Assembly: GCA_965240325.2 (NCBI GenBank)
Contig: OZ251253.1
Location: forward strand, 682,001-746,000
Length of the DNA: 64,000 nucleotides
Reading direction: 5' to 3'
Source of the DNA: Rebecca billardiae RCC1528
Lineage: Eukaryota > Protista > Haptophyta
In this document: positions 10,680 through 23,217 of the stretch, piece after piece
How the letters are laid out: every line of letters starts with the position of its first letter
How positions within the stretch are numbered: position 1 is the stretch's first letter
The notes under the pieces: generated by a model
What the model was told of the DNA's origin: nothing
Database searches by the model: none
Seen by the model: the letters and a program-made list of their open reading frames with translations, nothing else
Translations under genes and position numbers: made by a program

Positions 10680-12686
10680 ATGCTGCTGCGCGAGGACTCG
10701 GCGTCGAGCGCGTCGCGCGCGGACGCGCCGATCCCGACCGTGCCGACCGACAAGTACCTGCCGCACGCGCACCACACGCACACCCACGCCGACGTGCCCG
10801 TGCCCGCCGTGCTGTCGGGCTGCGCCATGTGCCTGGTCGCGGGCATGCCGTACGCGTTCGGCGCGTACGCGGCGACGCTCAAGGCGGAGCTGGGGATGCG
10901 CCAGGGCGGGATGGCGAGCCTGGGCGTGGCGCTCGACTTTGGCCTGTACCTCGCCATGCCGCTCAGCGGCACCTTCTTCGACACGTTTGGCACGCCCGCG
11001 ACCGCGCTGCTCGCTGCGCTGCTCGTCGTGTGCGGCAACGGCAGCATCGCCGCGATGCTCGCGCACGTGGAGGGCGGCGGGCAGGCGCCGCCGTTCGGCG
11101 TGGTCGCGCTCGCCTTCCTCTGCGCCGGCATGGGCGGCGGCTTCACCAACATGACCGCCGTCGGCACCAACGTCAAGCGCACGCCGCTGCACCACCGCGC
11201 GCTCGTGATCGCGACGCACTCCGCGTGCTTCGGCATCTCGGCGCTCGTGGTGGTGTCGACGCTGGGCGCGCTGTCGGCGGACGGGACGCGGCTCTCGCGC
11301 TTCTTCGGCGCGTGGGCGCTGATCACCGGCCTCGTCGGCTGCCTCGGCGGCGCCGTGCTCTCCTCGCGCCTCGGCGGAGACCCGCACCCGGGCCACCTGA
11401 TTGAAGACTTCCACCTCGAGCTGGCGGTGGACGACCAGCTGCGCGCGCGCGCCTCCTCCGCGCACGCGGCGGTGATGTCGCTCTCGCTCGACGCGGGGCT
11501 GGACACGCTGCTCGCGCGGCTGGACGGCGGTGCCGACGCGCCCGCCGCGGCCGACGCGGCCGCCGCCGCGCCGCCCCGCCTCAGCCTCGGCGCGCCCGCG
11601 CGCGGCGCGCGGCTCAGCCTGGGCAGCGCGCTGCCGGGCGGCGGCGGCGGCGGCGCCGGCCGCGGCGACGCGCAGCTCGCGCACGCGGCCGCGCCCGCGT
11701 CGGACCTGCGGCTGGTGGAGGCGGAGGTGCCGGTGGCGGTGGCGATCGCGCACGAGGCGTCCTCGCTGCGCCTCCTCGCGCGCGTCTGCGTGCACGCCGA
11801 CTTTTGGCTGCTGGAGGCGTCCCTCTTCTGCGCGTTCGGTGCAGGGCTGTTCGTGGTGAACAACGTCGGGCCGTGCGTCGCGTCCGCGGGCGGCAGCGCG
11901 GCGCAGGGCGCGCTCGCGACGGCGATCTTCCCGGTGGGGAACGCGCTGGGGCGCGGCTCGTTCGCGCTGCTCAGCGGGCTGCCGTGCTGGCCGCTCCCGC
12001 GCATGCGCCGCGGTCACTGGCTCGTCGCCGGGCTGGCTCTCTCATCGCTCGCGTACGCAGCCGCCGCGCTGGCCTATGACGCCGGCCGCGTGCACGTGGT
12101 GTACGCGCTGGTGGCGCTGATCTCGCCGGCGTACGGGCTGGCGTGGGTGGTGGCGCAGTCGGTGCTGGCGGAGAGTTACCCGCTTGAGAACTTTGGCACG
12201 ATGCTCGGCCTCGTCTCGCTCACCGCCGGCGCCGCGGGCTTTGCCTTCAACGAGGCGGGCGCCGCGCTGTACGAGAGAGCGCTCGGCGTGCTGCACGCGG
12301 AGGCGCACGGCATGGTCGAGGAGGAGCCCGCGCCGGGGGGCGGCGGCGGCGGCGGCGGGGGCGAGGACGACTGCGTGGGCGCGAGCTGCTTCCGCACTGC
12401 GTTCTGGCTCATGTGCGCCGCAGCGGCCGCGGGCGCGCTCGCCGCGTCTGCGTTCGCGCCGTACACGCAGTCGCCCGCCATGCTCGAGGCGGAGGACAAG
12501 GCGGACGAGGCCATCCTCGCCTCGCTCGACGTCTCGAGGCAGCACAGCCGCTCCACGCGCACGAGCCGGAGCAACCTGCCGGGCACGCCCGCGCGTGGCG
12601 GGGACGCGAGCGACTCGGGCGTGGGCGTGGCGCGGCGCGGCGCGGGCGTGCCGCCAGGCAGCGCGCCGACAGCAGCCACCAAGTGA
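10680..12686 (+). CDS. MFS transporter, nodulin-like/NFD4/Mch1 family
   Basis: About 12 hydrophobic helices. Family-typical motifs are present: GMPYAFGAYAATLKAELG, TAVGTNVKRTP, DFWLL...GAGLFVVNNVG, GNALGR, FGTMLG and C-terminal CVGASCFRTAF. Confidence 0.85.
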   Translation: MLLREDSASSASRADAPIPTVPTDKYLPHAHHTHTHADVPVPAVLSGCAMCLVAGMPYAFGAYAATLKAELGMRQGGMASLGVALDFGLYLAMPLSGTFFDTFGTPATALLAALLVVCGNGSIAAMLAHVEGGGQAPPFGVVALAFLCAGMGGGFTNMTAVGTNVKRTPLHHRALVIATHSACFGISALVVVSTLGALSADGTRLSRFFGAWALITGLVGCLGGAVLSSRLGGDPHPGHLIEDFHLELAVDDQLRARASSAHAAVMSLSLDAGLDTLLARLDGGADAPAAADAAAAAPPRLSLGAPARGARLSLGSALPGGGGGGAGRGDAQLAHAAAPASDLRLVEAEVPVAVAIAHEASSLRLLARVCVHADFWLLEASLFCAFGAGLFVVNNVGPCVASAGGSAAQGALATAIFPVGNALGRGSFALLSGLPCWPLPRMRRGHWLVAGLALSSLAYAAAALAYDAGRVHVVYALVALISPAYGLAWVVAQSVLAESYPLENFGTMLGLVSLTAGAAGFAFNEAGAALYERALGVLHAEAHGMVEEEPAPGGGGGGGGGEDDCVGASCFRTAFWLMCAAAAAGALAASAFAPYTQSPAMLEAEDKADEAILASLDVSRQHSRSTRTSRSNLPGTPARGGDASDSGVGVARRGAGVPPGSAPTAATK

Positions 12687-12934
12687 TCGACCGGAGTCCG
12701 GACTGAATCGGCGGATGATGCCATCATGCAGATGATGCTGATGGCATATGTAGGCGCGATGTATTAGCAGTTCCGCCGACCCGCCGCCGCGCTCCTTTTG
12801 GGCCGGGAGGCGGCGCGGCTCCGCGGCGGCTCGTCGCAAACTCGCAACCTGTTACCAATTACCAATACCTGCTGGCGGCACCGCGTATATGCATGATGGC
12901 CCGCCATATGGCCGCGCCGCATCCACCGCGTCTT

Positions 12935-12990
12935 AATTTTTATAATAATAATATAGTTAAGTTATATTTATAATATATATATATAATAAA
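12935..12990. repeat. AT-rich/(TA)n island between convergent genes
   Basis: About 55 bp of almost pure A/T in a GC-rich background, between the 3' ends of the MFS (+) and stomatin (-) genes. Confidence 0.8.
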
Positions 12991-13607
12991 GCGCGGCGCC
13001 CGTGGTCGTCCATGTAAATTGACAGCGCGCGCGTATCACTATCATCTGGACATCTGGCGTCGGGCCGGGCCCGCGAACTCTACGGGCGGCTGGCCGCCAT
13101 GTGCCGGGACGGCGGCGGGTGGCGCAGGGGCCTCTGCCGATGCTATCCGGCGGCTGCTGCGTGGCCTGCTGCCGTGGTCGAGCCCGAGGCAGAGTGTGAG
13201 TCGACCGCGCCGAGCAGCTCACCGCTTCCGAGCTCGAGCTGCGCGTGGTCGGACCAGATGACGGCCCGCTGCTGCCCAAGCGCACACGCAAGGACGCCCG
13301 AGCAGACGCGTTCAGTCCGAGCAAAGCCTGGTCGGCGTACGAGCGCGAGCGAGCACAGACACGGCACGAGCGCACGCGTGACGGCTCGTGCGACCAGCTC
13401 GTCGGCTTGGTCATCGGGCTGCTGTCGCTCGTCGCCTCGCTCGTCAAGTCGCACTCAGCTGAGCACACAGACATCTCTCCCGCCGTTCAGCTGATCGACG
13501 AGGACGAGGCGGCCAAGGCGGCGGCGGCCCACACGCCTGGAGGAGGAGCGCCGGAGGAGGCGGAGCTCCCGGCCGCGTGCTCACGCCCGGACGGCCACGC
13601 CTGCCGG

Positions 13608-13874
13608 TCAGGGCTGCCGCTGCTGCTGCGGCGACGGCAGCGGCGCGCGCCAGTCCGCCGCACGCTCCGCCGCGCCCGTCGCGGCGCCTCCGCCGCCGAG
13701 CATGCGCTCAGTGGCCGCCACGCGCTGCGCTTGCCGCAAGAGGTCGTGCGCCTCGAGCAGCTCGTCCGCGCCCCCGGCCGCCAGCCCCATCGGCGAGCCG
13801 CCGCCGCCACCCGCCACCGAGCCGCCGAGCTCGTCCCCCGCCTCGCCCGGCCGCGTGCCCACGCCACCGCCCGG

Positions 13875-13923
<49 letters not shown>

Positions 13924-15056
13924 GTGGAGCTGCTGACCATCGTGCGGTAGAGCGAGAGCGCGGAGGCGACCGCGGCGGGCGCGTCCGCGATGTTCGCCGG
14001 CAGCACCACCGTGTTGCCCGCCTTCGCGATCTGGCCGAACGCGCGGATGTACTGCTCGGCGACGCGCAGCGCGACCGCGTGCTGGGCGTGCGGCGCGCCG
14101 CCGATCGCGGCCGCGAGCCGCTCGACCGCCTGCGCGCTCGCGCCGGCGGCGGCGAGGGTGGCGGCCGCCTCCGCCTCGGCGAGGTTGATGCGCTCCTGCT
14201 TCGACGCCTCCGACGCGAGGATCGTCGCGCGCTTCGCCGCCTCCGCGCCGTTGATCGCCGCGTCGCGGTCGCCCTCCGAGTCCAGGACGGCCGCGCGCTT
14301 CCGACGCTCCGCCTCCGCCTCCAGCTCCATGGCGGCGCGCACCGCCTTGGGCGGCGTGATGTCGCGCAGCTCGTACCGCATGCACTGCACGCCCCACGGC
14401 TCGGCGGCGAGGTTGATCGAGTCCACAATGTTCGCGTTCAGCGCCTCCCGCTCCTGGAACGTCCGGTCGAGCGAGATCTTGCCGAGCTCGGAGCGCATCG
14501 TCGTCTGCGCGAGCTGCGTGATCGCAAAGTGCGCGTCGTCGATGCCGTAGGACGCCTTGTACGCGTCGACGACGCGGATGTACAGGATGCCGTCGATCGC
14601 GATGCTCACGTTGTCCTTGGTGATCGCCGTCTGCGAGGGCACCGTGATCGCCTCCTGCGCGCGCGCGCGGCGTGTGCCGGCGGCGGCGGCGGCCGTGCGG
14701 CGACGCGCGGCAGTGTGAAGGTGGGGTCGCGCACGCGCGCGCGCGAGCAGTGGCGCCGTGCTCGAAGGCGCGCGCCCTCGCGCCCCTGCCCTCCCGCCCC
14801 GGCTGCGCGGTTGCGCGCGCACCTCCTTGAGGTTGTGCACGTACGCGACCTTGTCGACGAGCGGGATCAGCAGGTGGATGCCCGGCGGCAGCACGGCGCG
14901 GAACTTTCCGAAGCGCTCGACGACGTAGGCGGTCTGCTGCGGCACGATGTGCAGGCCAAAGTTCATCGGCGGCGCGCTCGGCCCGAACGAGGAGAGCCGG
15001 CGCGCGGCACGCGAGGCCGCCGCGGCCGGCAACCGCGCGCGCGAGAGCGCCAGCAT
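13608..15056 (-). CDS. STOML2: Stomatin-like protein 2 (SPFH/band-7), probably mitochondrial (intron 14822-14655)
   Basis: Arg/Ala/Ser-rich transit-like N-terminus. Classic SLP-2 motifs: IVPQQTAYVVERFGKF, QTAITKDNV, AQTTMRSELGKISLD, RYELRDI, EAERRKRA, AEQYIRAFG. Removing a 168-bp GT..CAG intron restores HNLKE|EAITVP. Confidence 0.92.
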
Positions 15057-15424
15057 TGCCGGTTCACGGGGATGCCCGAAGCAGCGAGACCTGCTTCTTC
15101 AGCATGGCGGCCCGCGCCCGCATCCGGACTCTCAAGATGAGGATAATGAACGACGCGGCTCTTTTGAACTTGAAAGGCTGAGGTTTGGGCATCGATTATT
15201 ACCACCACACCCGCCTTGCTAGCAGAACTGACGGCTTGACGAGACTGCTGTATTCATCTCCGCGCCGCAGATCTTCTGCCGAAGCAGCTCCCGGACCACG
15301 CCGCGCTGTGAGTTGAAAGGCCAGGGTGTGGGGCCCTCTCGACGCCCCCTTCCCTCCCTTCGCGCGCCGAGCGAAACCGCGCTCGCGTCGCTCGCTCGCG
15401 CGCGCGCGGCGCCCCGCACCCCCG

Positions 15425-17442
15425 ATGGCGGCAGCGGGCGAGTGGGACGCGATGTCGGGCGCGCCCACCGAGGTCTCGATCGACCAGCACGAGTCGATGG
15501 AGTGCGACGACGGCTACGACGGCTCGAAGAAGCCAAACCTCGGCCTGCTCGACGCGGACGCGACCGCGCACCTCGCGTCCTTCCTGCCGCTGCACGACCT
15601 GCTCACCGCGACGCGGGTGTGCGCGGAGTGGAAGCGCACCTTCGCCCCGTGCGTCGAGAGCATCTGCGTCTCCACGCTCGCGCTCGGCCCGACCGCGCTC
15701 GAGGCGGCGCTCGCGCAGCTCGCGCGCCGCTTCCCGTCGGTGCACACGCTCCGGCTGCAGGGCTCGTCGATCGCGGACGCGCACGTGCACACGGCGGCGG
15801 CGCAGCAGCCCAACCTCACCTCGCTCTCCATCGCCCAGTGCGACAACGTCACCGACGCCGCCTTCGCCTGCCTCGCGGCCGAGACGCCCGCGCTGCGCGC
15901 GCTCAACGCGCTCGGCTGCCGCGACGTCACCAACGACGGCGTGCGCCGGCTTGGCGCCGGCTGCCGCCAGCTCACGACGCTGTGCCTCGGGTGGTGCGAC
16001 ATCTCGGACAACGCGCTGCTCGTGCTCGCGAAGCACTGCACGCTCCTCGAGCTCCTCGACGTCTCCGGCTGCGGGCGGATCTCGGACGCGGGCGTGACGG
16101 CGGTGACCGCCGGCTGCGCGCGGCTGCACACGCTCGCGCTCGAGGGGTGCCGCGAGGTGTCGGCGTGGGCGGTGGCGCAGGGCGGCGCCGCGCCGCTCAC
16201 GAGCCTCAACATGGGCGGGTGCACCCTCGTCACCGACGCCGGCGTCGGCGCCATCGCCGCCGCCCACCCGGACCTCACCTCGCTGTCGCTCCGGCTGTGC
16301 CGCGCGGTCGGCGACACGGCGCTCCGCTTCCTGGCGCTGCGCTGCCGCGCGCTCTCGTCGCTCGACATCAGCAGATGCGGCACGGTGACCGACGCGGGCG
16401 TGAGCACGGTCGCCGCCGCGTGCCCCCACCTCCGCGACATCGACCTCGAGGGCTACGGCGACATCACCGACTCGACTCTGTACGCACTCGCGCAGAGCTG
16501 CCCGTCGCTGCAGCAGCTCAACCTGTGGGTCTGCTCGCAGGTCTCGGACTCGGGGATACAGACGGTGGCGGCGGCGTGCCCGCAGCTGCGCGCGCTCGAC
16601 GTGAGGTGCGCGCGCGCCGCACGCGCGCGCGCGCGCGCGCCGGCGCCCGGCAGGCGCGCGCCGCCCGCGCCGCGCGCCGCCGCGCGCTCACGCGCGAGGG
16701 ACGCGCGCACCGCCGCGCCGCGGCCGCGCGGCTGCGCGCGCGCCACCGCGCCAGGCTGTGCGGCAAGGTGAGCGGCGGCGCGATCCAGGCGATCGCGGCG
16801 AACTGCCCGCACCTGGAGGCGCTGTACCTCGAGCGCGCCGGCCGCGTGAACGACGAGGCCATCGTCGCGATCGCGCGCAACTGCCCCGAGCTGCGCACGC
16901 TCGACCTCGGCTGGTGCGAGGTGTCGGATGCGTCGCTCAGCGCGCTCGCCTCGCACTGCCGAGAGCTCGCCTGCCTCAACCTGGGGTACTGCGACCAGGT
17001 GACGGACGAGGGGATCACCACGCTCGCGCGGGGCTGCCGCCGCCTCGCCTCGCTCGACATTGGCGGCTGCGCCAAGCTCACCAACGCCGCGCTCACGGCG
17101 ATCGCGGAGGTGCGCGCCGCGCGCCGCGCGCCGAGCCCGCGTGCCGGGCGCTCCGCGCGCGCGCACGCGCGCGCTCGCCGAGCGCCGCCGCCGTGCTGAG
17201 CGTCGGTCGCGCCCGTGCGCCACGCCGCTCGCGCGCCGGTTGTGTTCGCGCAGGCGTGCCCCAACCTGCAGTCGCTCGACCTGGGCGGGTGCAAGAAGCT
17301 CGTCACGGACGAGGGCCTGTGCGCGATCGCGCGCAACTGCCCGGGGCTGCGCTCCATCAACCTGCGCTTCTGCGAGCAGGTGACGGACGCGGGCGTGCAG
17401 GCGGTGCAGGCGGCGTGCGCGAACGTGCAGGTGCGGCGCTGA
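15425..17442 (+). CDS. F-box/LRR (FBXL-type, Cys-containing LRR) protein (introns 16606-16754, 17110-17253)
   Basis: F-box-like LGLLDADATAHLASFLPLHDLLTATRVCAEWK followed by many LxxLxLxxCxxVTDxGV repeats. The three exons join in frame through GT..CAG introns. Confidence 0.88.
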
Positions 17443-18134
17443 CGACGGCCGCGCGGCGGCGCGGCGGTGCGTGGGCCCGCGCCGCAGGCGGCCCGTGGCC
17501 GCTGCAGCCGCGGCCCCACGCCCTCGCCAGCCGCCGCCAGAGCCGAGCGCTGCGCCGCACACACGGCCGGCCGCCTGCGCGTCTGCCGCCGCGGGCACAC
17601 GCGGGGCCTCGCCGGTGCCGTGTGCGCATCGGGCCGGGCCAGCGCGGCGGTGCCGCGCAAGGCCGTGGGGCCCGCTCGGCTTTGCGACGGCCCGCTGCCG
17701 GGTGTCGGCGCTGCTGCTGGTCTGCCAGTCGGCAGGCGACGATCAGCCGGCCGCCGGTCTCCGAGGTGATGAAGACCGAGATGACCGTCAGGCGTCACGG
17801 CGGCCGTGACACTCTGTGGCGGCGCGGCTCACCGGCTGATGGTAGCGGCGGACGCTATAGCATGCGGCATCGTCCGCCTACTAGCCGCTCAGCAATGGTC
17901 GGACGAGTACTACTGGGCCTCTACACGCCATGCCGCCCTGGCTCGTAGCTTCAAGTTCAGACTCCTCTTGTGACTTTGAGCTTGATGAGTCATCGCGTCC
18001 GATCCCTCGCCGCCAGATGATCCTTGTGTAGACCGTTGGCGCGAATCGGCGAGGCGCTCGAAGACGGTGTGCGACCGCGAGCGCGGTCGTCCGCCAACGA
18101 ACAACCGCGCCCTCCGCGACCAGCAGCGACACCC

Positions 18135-19643
18135 ATGTCACGACGCACCGCGAGCGCGTCATCGGCGCCTTCGCCACTATCCGAGCTGCCAAAGGAGATT
18201 ATCGAGCGCATCATCTCGACGCTCGACGACCCACGTGATTTTGCCGCCGTCAACGCCGCCTCGCGCCTCTTCCGCGGCGAGCCCGGCGGCAGCTCGCCTG
18301 TCGAGAACGTGCTCCGCGAGCGCGCGCTGCGGCGTGGGCACTTCCACCGCGCGTGCCAAGCGTCCGACTCCGAGATCGACATAGCGGGTGTAGACGAGCT
18401 GCTCATCCGCGAGGCCGTGCTCGAGCTCGCCCATGCGCACACGCACGTGGCCATCGCCTCCGGGCGCATGTCTCTCAGCCGCAAAACTTGCCTGAGCGCG
18501 TGCGTCGATGCCGCCGGAGGGCTGCACACCTTCGGCGAGGAGTTGACCGTCGTGTTTGGACAAGCTGGCATCCTTCTGTCGATGGGCCTCGCCCACGGTG
18601 CACCCGCTGCGCTTGACCAGCAGGACTTGCTCGACGCGCCGGTTTTGCTCCCCATCCCCACCAAGTCCCTGTCAACGGTGCGCGTGTGCGCCGTGGCTGC
18701 AGGGTCCGAGCATCTGCTCGCGCTAGGTGAGTGCGGCACGGTCTACGCATGTGGCGTCAATGCGTACGGCCAGCTCGGGTCTTCTGACACCCTGACGAGC
18801 CGCTCGTTCAAGGCGGTGCACGCGCTGACAGGCGAGTTTGTCGTTTGCATCGCCAGCGGGGGCGACAGCAGCATCGCGCTCACAGCAGCTGGCGTCGCCT
18901 ACAGCTGGGGCGACAACAGCTGGGGCAAGCTCGGCCACGGTGACTTCGTCAACCGGCTCGCCCCAGCGTGCATCAAGACGACCACGTGCCTTCGCATGGG
19001 TGGCGTCGCGCAGGGCCCCGATCACACGCTGCTCCTCGATACGCGCGGCCGCGTCCACGCGTGTGGCCTTGCATTTCGTGGCCTTGGGCATGGGCATACG
19101 CCGCAGCGCATCAAGGCACTCGCACACGCGCGGATCGTGCACGTCAGCGCTGGCCGGGCGCACAACCTGGCCACCGACGACATGGGCGCCGTGCACCTCT
19201 TCCGCTTGAGCCAGTCCAGCAGCATCGATGACGACGAGCCTGCCGAGGTTGGCATCCGGTGTGAGCGCATCGAGGCGCTCGCACACGTGCACGCCGTGCG
19301 CACCAGCGCCGGATTTGACACCAGCGCGGTGGTCGGCTCGGACGGCAGCGTCCACACGTTCGGTGACAACCTGACTGGGAATCTCGGGCACGGTGTCGGG
19401 GCTGAGGGCACCGAGCGCTCCCTGGCTTCCTCCGTGCCTACGCAGGTCCTCGAGCGTGAGCGCGTGCTGAGCTGCTCCCTCGGCCTCACCCACTCGCTGT
19501 TTGTCGCAGCCGATGGCGGGGTGCACGCGTGCGGCGAGGTGTCCGCCGCGCTGGGCTGCGGCGCGAGCATGCTAGGGGGGCCCAGCGCAGTGGCGCAGCT
19601 GCAGCGCGTCACGCTCTTGCCATGTGTGCGCACTCGCCCGTAG
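18135..19643 (+). CDS. F-box-like + RCC1/UVR8-type beta-propeller protein, intronless
   Basis: F-box-like LSELPKEIIERIISTLDDPRDFAAVNAASRLFR. RCC1 repeats: VAAGSEHLLAL..G.VYACGVNAYGQLG, IASGGDSSIAL...YSWGDNSWGKLGHG, VHTFGDNLTGNLGHG. Confidence 0.85.
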   Translation: MSRRTASASSAPSPLSELPKEIIERIISTLDDPRDFAAVNAASRLFRGEPGGSSPVENVLRERALRRGHFHRACQASDSEIDIAGVDELLIREAVLELAHAHTHVAIASGRMSLSRKTCLSACVDAAGGLHTFGEELTVVFGQAGILLSMGLAHGAPAALDQQDLLDAPVLLPIPTKSLSTVRVCAVAAGSEHLLALGECGTVYACGVNAYGQLGSSDTLTSRSFKAVHALTGEFVVCIASGGDSSIALTAAGVAYSWGDNSWGKLGHGDFVNRLAPACIKTTTCLRMGGVAQGPDHTLLLDTRGRVHACGLAFRGLGHGHTPQRIKALAHARIVHVSAGRAHNLATDDMGAVHLFRLSQSSSIDDDEPAEVGIRCERIEALAHVHAVRTSAGFDTSAVVGSDGSVHTFGDNLTGNLGHGVGAEGTERSLASSVPTQVLERERVLSCSLGLTHSLFVAADGGVHACGEVSAALGCGASMLGGPSAVAQLQRVTLLPCVRTRP

Positions 19644-21400
19644 GCTCCAGGTGAGCCCAGACTGGACAGACCCCGCACGGGCGCGCGTGCCTGCCCGCGT
19701 GTGGCGGGCCAGAATCAGCGCACCGCGCCGACCGCGCGCTGTGCCGGCCATCGTGAGAGAGCAGTGTTTTACAGAGTCGGGATGACTGCCCATGATGCTG
19801 TCGATGATGTGTGCCTCCGAGGACTAGCGCGTGCTAAGCTGCTGCATTCGGGGTGGCCCGACGCTGCTCGCCACGGCCGACGGTCGCGGCGCCCGGATGC
19901 GTGCGGCATCACTATTCGGACGGTGCGCCGCGGACTGTCAGACTCACTCAGAGCTGGCCGCGGACCCGGCATCACCCCCGGGCTTTGATGGTGATGCATG
20001 CGCGCGAATAAACTACTCGGAAAGGCCAGCACCGGCTGCTGCGCGTCATGCTACCTACTGCTCGTGTGTGCTAGTAGCGCTGCTCGTCTATTCACAGCTA
20101 GTGACGAGCGCGCTGGTTTTTGACGACCATGAACGCATTGGCCCGTGCGCCCGTTGTTCAACGGTGCCTGCGCGGCACGGCCTCGGAGACCGCGGCACAC
20201 GACCGTGGCCGTGTCCGTGTCCGTGGCACTGACAGCTTGACTGTGCGAGACAGCGTGACGAGCGGTAGCGAGTGGTCGTGCCGCATTCCAGCGAGCGGGT
20301 GGTGTAATGGTACGGCATCAGGCTCAGAGATGAGGATCGGACGACCGGTCGCGGCTGCCGACGATGTGCACTGGCGTTGTGGATGCGGGAACGATGCCGC
20401 GCGCCCCGACGGTCACCTTTGGCGTGCCAGCTGCCCGAGCGTGCAGCGAGGTAGGTGCCTGGTGCCAGCCCCGGCAAACGGCAGATGACCATTGACCAAC
20501 GACCGCGACGAGCCGTGCGGACTGCGGACGACGCGAAAGTAATATTTTCGGGCGCGCCGCCCGGCCGCTGGTAGAAAACCTCCGGACGGACCCACGATCC
20601 ACCTGCGCTGCGCGGCTCGCATGGCCCTGCTGTGCCCCGAGCGACGGCGATGGTGCAGGTCCGGATGTCAGCTGGCAGTCTCAGCCGCTGGTAGCAGCTG
20701 GTCGAGCCTGCCCCGTGCTCCCCGAGCGGTCGCGTACGCGCCTGCCGCTCAAGCCAGCTGGCTGGCTTGCGGCGGCTAGCGCTGCGGCGTCGTCCAGGGT
20801 GCGCTTCGTCCGCTGCTGCGGCAGCTCATCGTCGTCCAAGTCGTCGCCCGGGGGGGAGTCTCGGTCCTCGTGGAGCGGGGCAGCAGGGACTGGCGTGGGT
20901 GCAGCGGTCGGCGCCAGGCGCGCCGCCTTGCGCGCCCGGCGTTCCTTGACGGCGCGGCTCGTCGAGGAGCGACGGCTCGATGGATAACGAACCCGTCGGC
21001 CCTCGGCGTCGCGCCGTTGCCCGCGCTTCCCACGCCGGGGCTTCTTCTTCCGCTTCCGAGAGTGCTGCTGCTCGTCGTTCGCCTGCAGCACCTCAGCGTC
21101 CGAGCCCTGCGCGGCGGACGGGCGCACATACTTGTATGCTCCTGCCGCCACCGCCCGGGCCGGCCTTTTGTGGAGTCGTGTTTATCGGTGGCCGGATCTC
21201 GCCAACGACCTCGTAAAAGGCCCTTGCTCGTAAGCGCCGCATTTCGCACAGTCCCTCTAAACCGTTGCGCTCGGCCGGCCCGCACAACGGTGAGTCGTCG
21301 GTGACTGGTCGGCGGTTGATACCAAGTCATTGTCAGTTGATGACGCGCCAACTGGCGCCCGGGAACGAAGTGTCGTCGGCGCGCTCGTCGGCACAGCAGC

Positions 21401-21829
21401 ATGGTCATGGACGTGGGAACGATCGAGACGGACGTGGCGGCGGAGCTCAAGCCGAAGCGGCCGCACCCGCGCGGCCGGCGCGGCGGGCGGAGCGCGCGCG
21501 CGGCCCGCAAGCCCATCCCCACCTACTGCCCGAACCCGGCCTTCCCGCTTTCGGCGTGGCCGCAGCCCGTGCTCGCGGTGCCGAGCACAACCGCCGCCTG
21601 GCCTTCGCAACCGGGCGCCACCCACGTGCACGCGCATGGACACGCGGCGGCTGCCGCGGGGCCGATGCTAGTCTTCATGCACAAGCCGCCGCCGCCGCCC
21701 GGCCCGCCGCCGCGCCCGAGCCGGGAGGAGATCCCGGAGTTGGCGCCGCTGCCGACGCGCACGGACAGCTGCAGCAGCGCGCTCGTGCCGACGCTGTGCG
21801 CGCTCAGCGTGCTCACGAGCAGCGACTAG
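21401..21829 (+). CDS. Small basic/Pro-rich hypothetical protein
   Basis: 142-aa ATG ORF with host-like high-GC codon usage in an otherwise lower-GC interval. No recognisable domain. Confidence 0.35.
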   Translation: MVMDVGTIETDVAAELKPKRPHPRGRRGGRSARAARKPIPTYCPNPAFPLSAWPQPVLAVPSTTAAWPSQPGATHVHAHGHAAAAAGPMLVFMHKPPPPPGPPPRPSREEIPELAPLPTRTDSCSSALVPTLCALSVLTSSD

Positions 21830-23217
21830 CGGGCGGCGTGGGCGCGCACGGTTGCACGAGCAGTGCGTGTGCACACCATGCCAGTGCAGAGGCGCGAGCC
21901 TCGCACGGACCTCGGCTCGTCCTTCGTCCCGCTGCCAACGGCTTCCGCCCGGTCGGCGTGATTGGCTTGCCCGCGGGAGTTGCCGGCGGTTGCCGGTCGC
22001 CGGCGGTTGACGGCCGATGCCTCGGCGACGCCAGCGCGCAATGATGTAAGTGGTCATCGTCTGGGCGGCCGTGCCATGCGGCTGTCTGACCAGGCCTTAG
22101 CGTCACCCAGTATAGAGTCTAGTCTAACGTGCTTTCTCGGAATGTATCCGCCTCGCTGTCGCCCAGTGCCGAGCACCGCGCCGCCGCCGCCGTCGGCGTC
22201 TCCACTCGGCTCGCGGGTAAATTCATCCCGTTGGTCGCATAGACATTTCCCTTTCACGTTGGCAATCTCGCGCGACTGATTTTCAAGAATTCACGCCGAG
22301 GTCCCGAGATCTGACCTGGCCCGGCGGCAAGATTCGTGGCGGACGCACGCACATGTCCGCCGCCAGCGCCCGCCGTCAGATGGCAACGCGCACATTCGCC
22401 CCCAGGCGCCCCCAGGCGAGCCTGGCCGGGTCGTGGTACCGCAACATCCTTGACACCCGAGTCGTGCGGCGCGAATCTTCCTTCCCCGCGCTCCCGCTCA
22501 CAAGGTTGGTGCTGGGGCTAGCGCGGACAGTTCGTTCGGCCGACTGCTGCCGCTGGCTGCCGGCGCAGCCTGCCAGGCATGCTGCCCTTGATTCCTTTGC
22601 TGCCATCGCCCACATCCGAGGCACGGCGCGATGGCCCCGATGAGCAAGTATAAGGGCTCGCACCACACTGGCAGCGTGGCCCACTCGGCTGCGCAGGAAG
22701 GCGCAGCGTCCGCCTAGTCCGTCGGTCACTGAGCCAGGCTGACCCGGCAAGAGTCAGGCCCCCAGTCAGCGGCATGGGGCGGCTGACGCTACTGCTGGGC
22801 TGCTGGCGGCACACTCTAGTGGCACTGAATCGTGCTCACTTTCGCGTCTTTGTGTAGGCGTGGCACGCCCTGGCACGTGTGTGCGCGCTGCGTGCCTGCT
22901 GTCTGACCTGAATTGTGGCCGCTGATACAGATCTATATAACAGAACGTACCGTACGGCAAGAGTAGTGCGCCAAGACATGCAGCTGACGAATCAATTTCC
23001 GCGTGCATACATACAGACGATTGAGTAGATCATCGTCATGATGCAGATGATCGATGATGACGATCTATAGCAGCAGTAGACGATGGCAGACTACAGCGCC
23101 CTCGCGCGGCGCTGCGCGGCCCGCGCCATCAGCGGAACCACCGCCTGACGACAGACGAGGCGCACGCGCCGCCCCCGGCAGCAGACCTGCGCAGAGGCCG
23201 TCTACCAGCCGCCATCG

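Noticed and set aside
13099-13620. Possible small plus-strand gene (…DQLVGLVIGLLSLVASLVKS…) downstream of the stomatin gene
   Set aside because: No ATG in that frame, no convincing splice model, and the frame runs antisense through the stomatin CDS. It cannot be supported without transcripts.
20681-21151. Basic 156-aa minus-strand ORF with an NLS-like RKRKKKPRR
   Set aside because: Non-ATG start, low complexity and no domain. It could be a decayed gene or element fragment but cannot be called.
22111-22130. TATAGA-GTCTAG resembling the start of the hairpin-ended element family
   Set aside because: The match stops after GTCTAG (no CCGTCCTC), and no hairpin/CCCAC end is found downstream.
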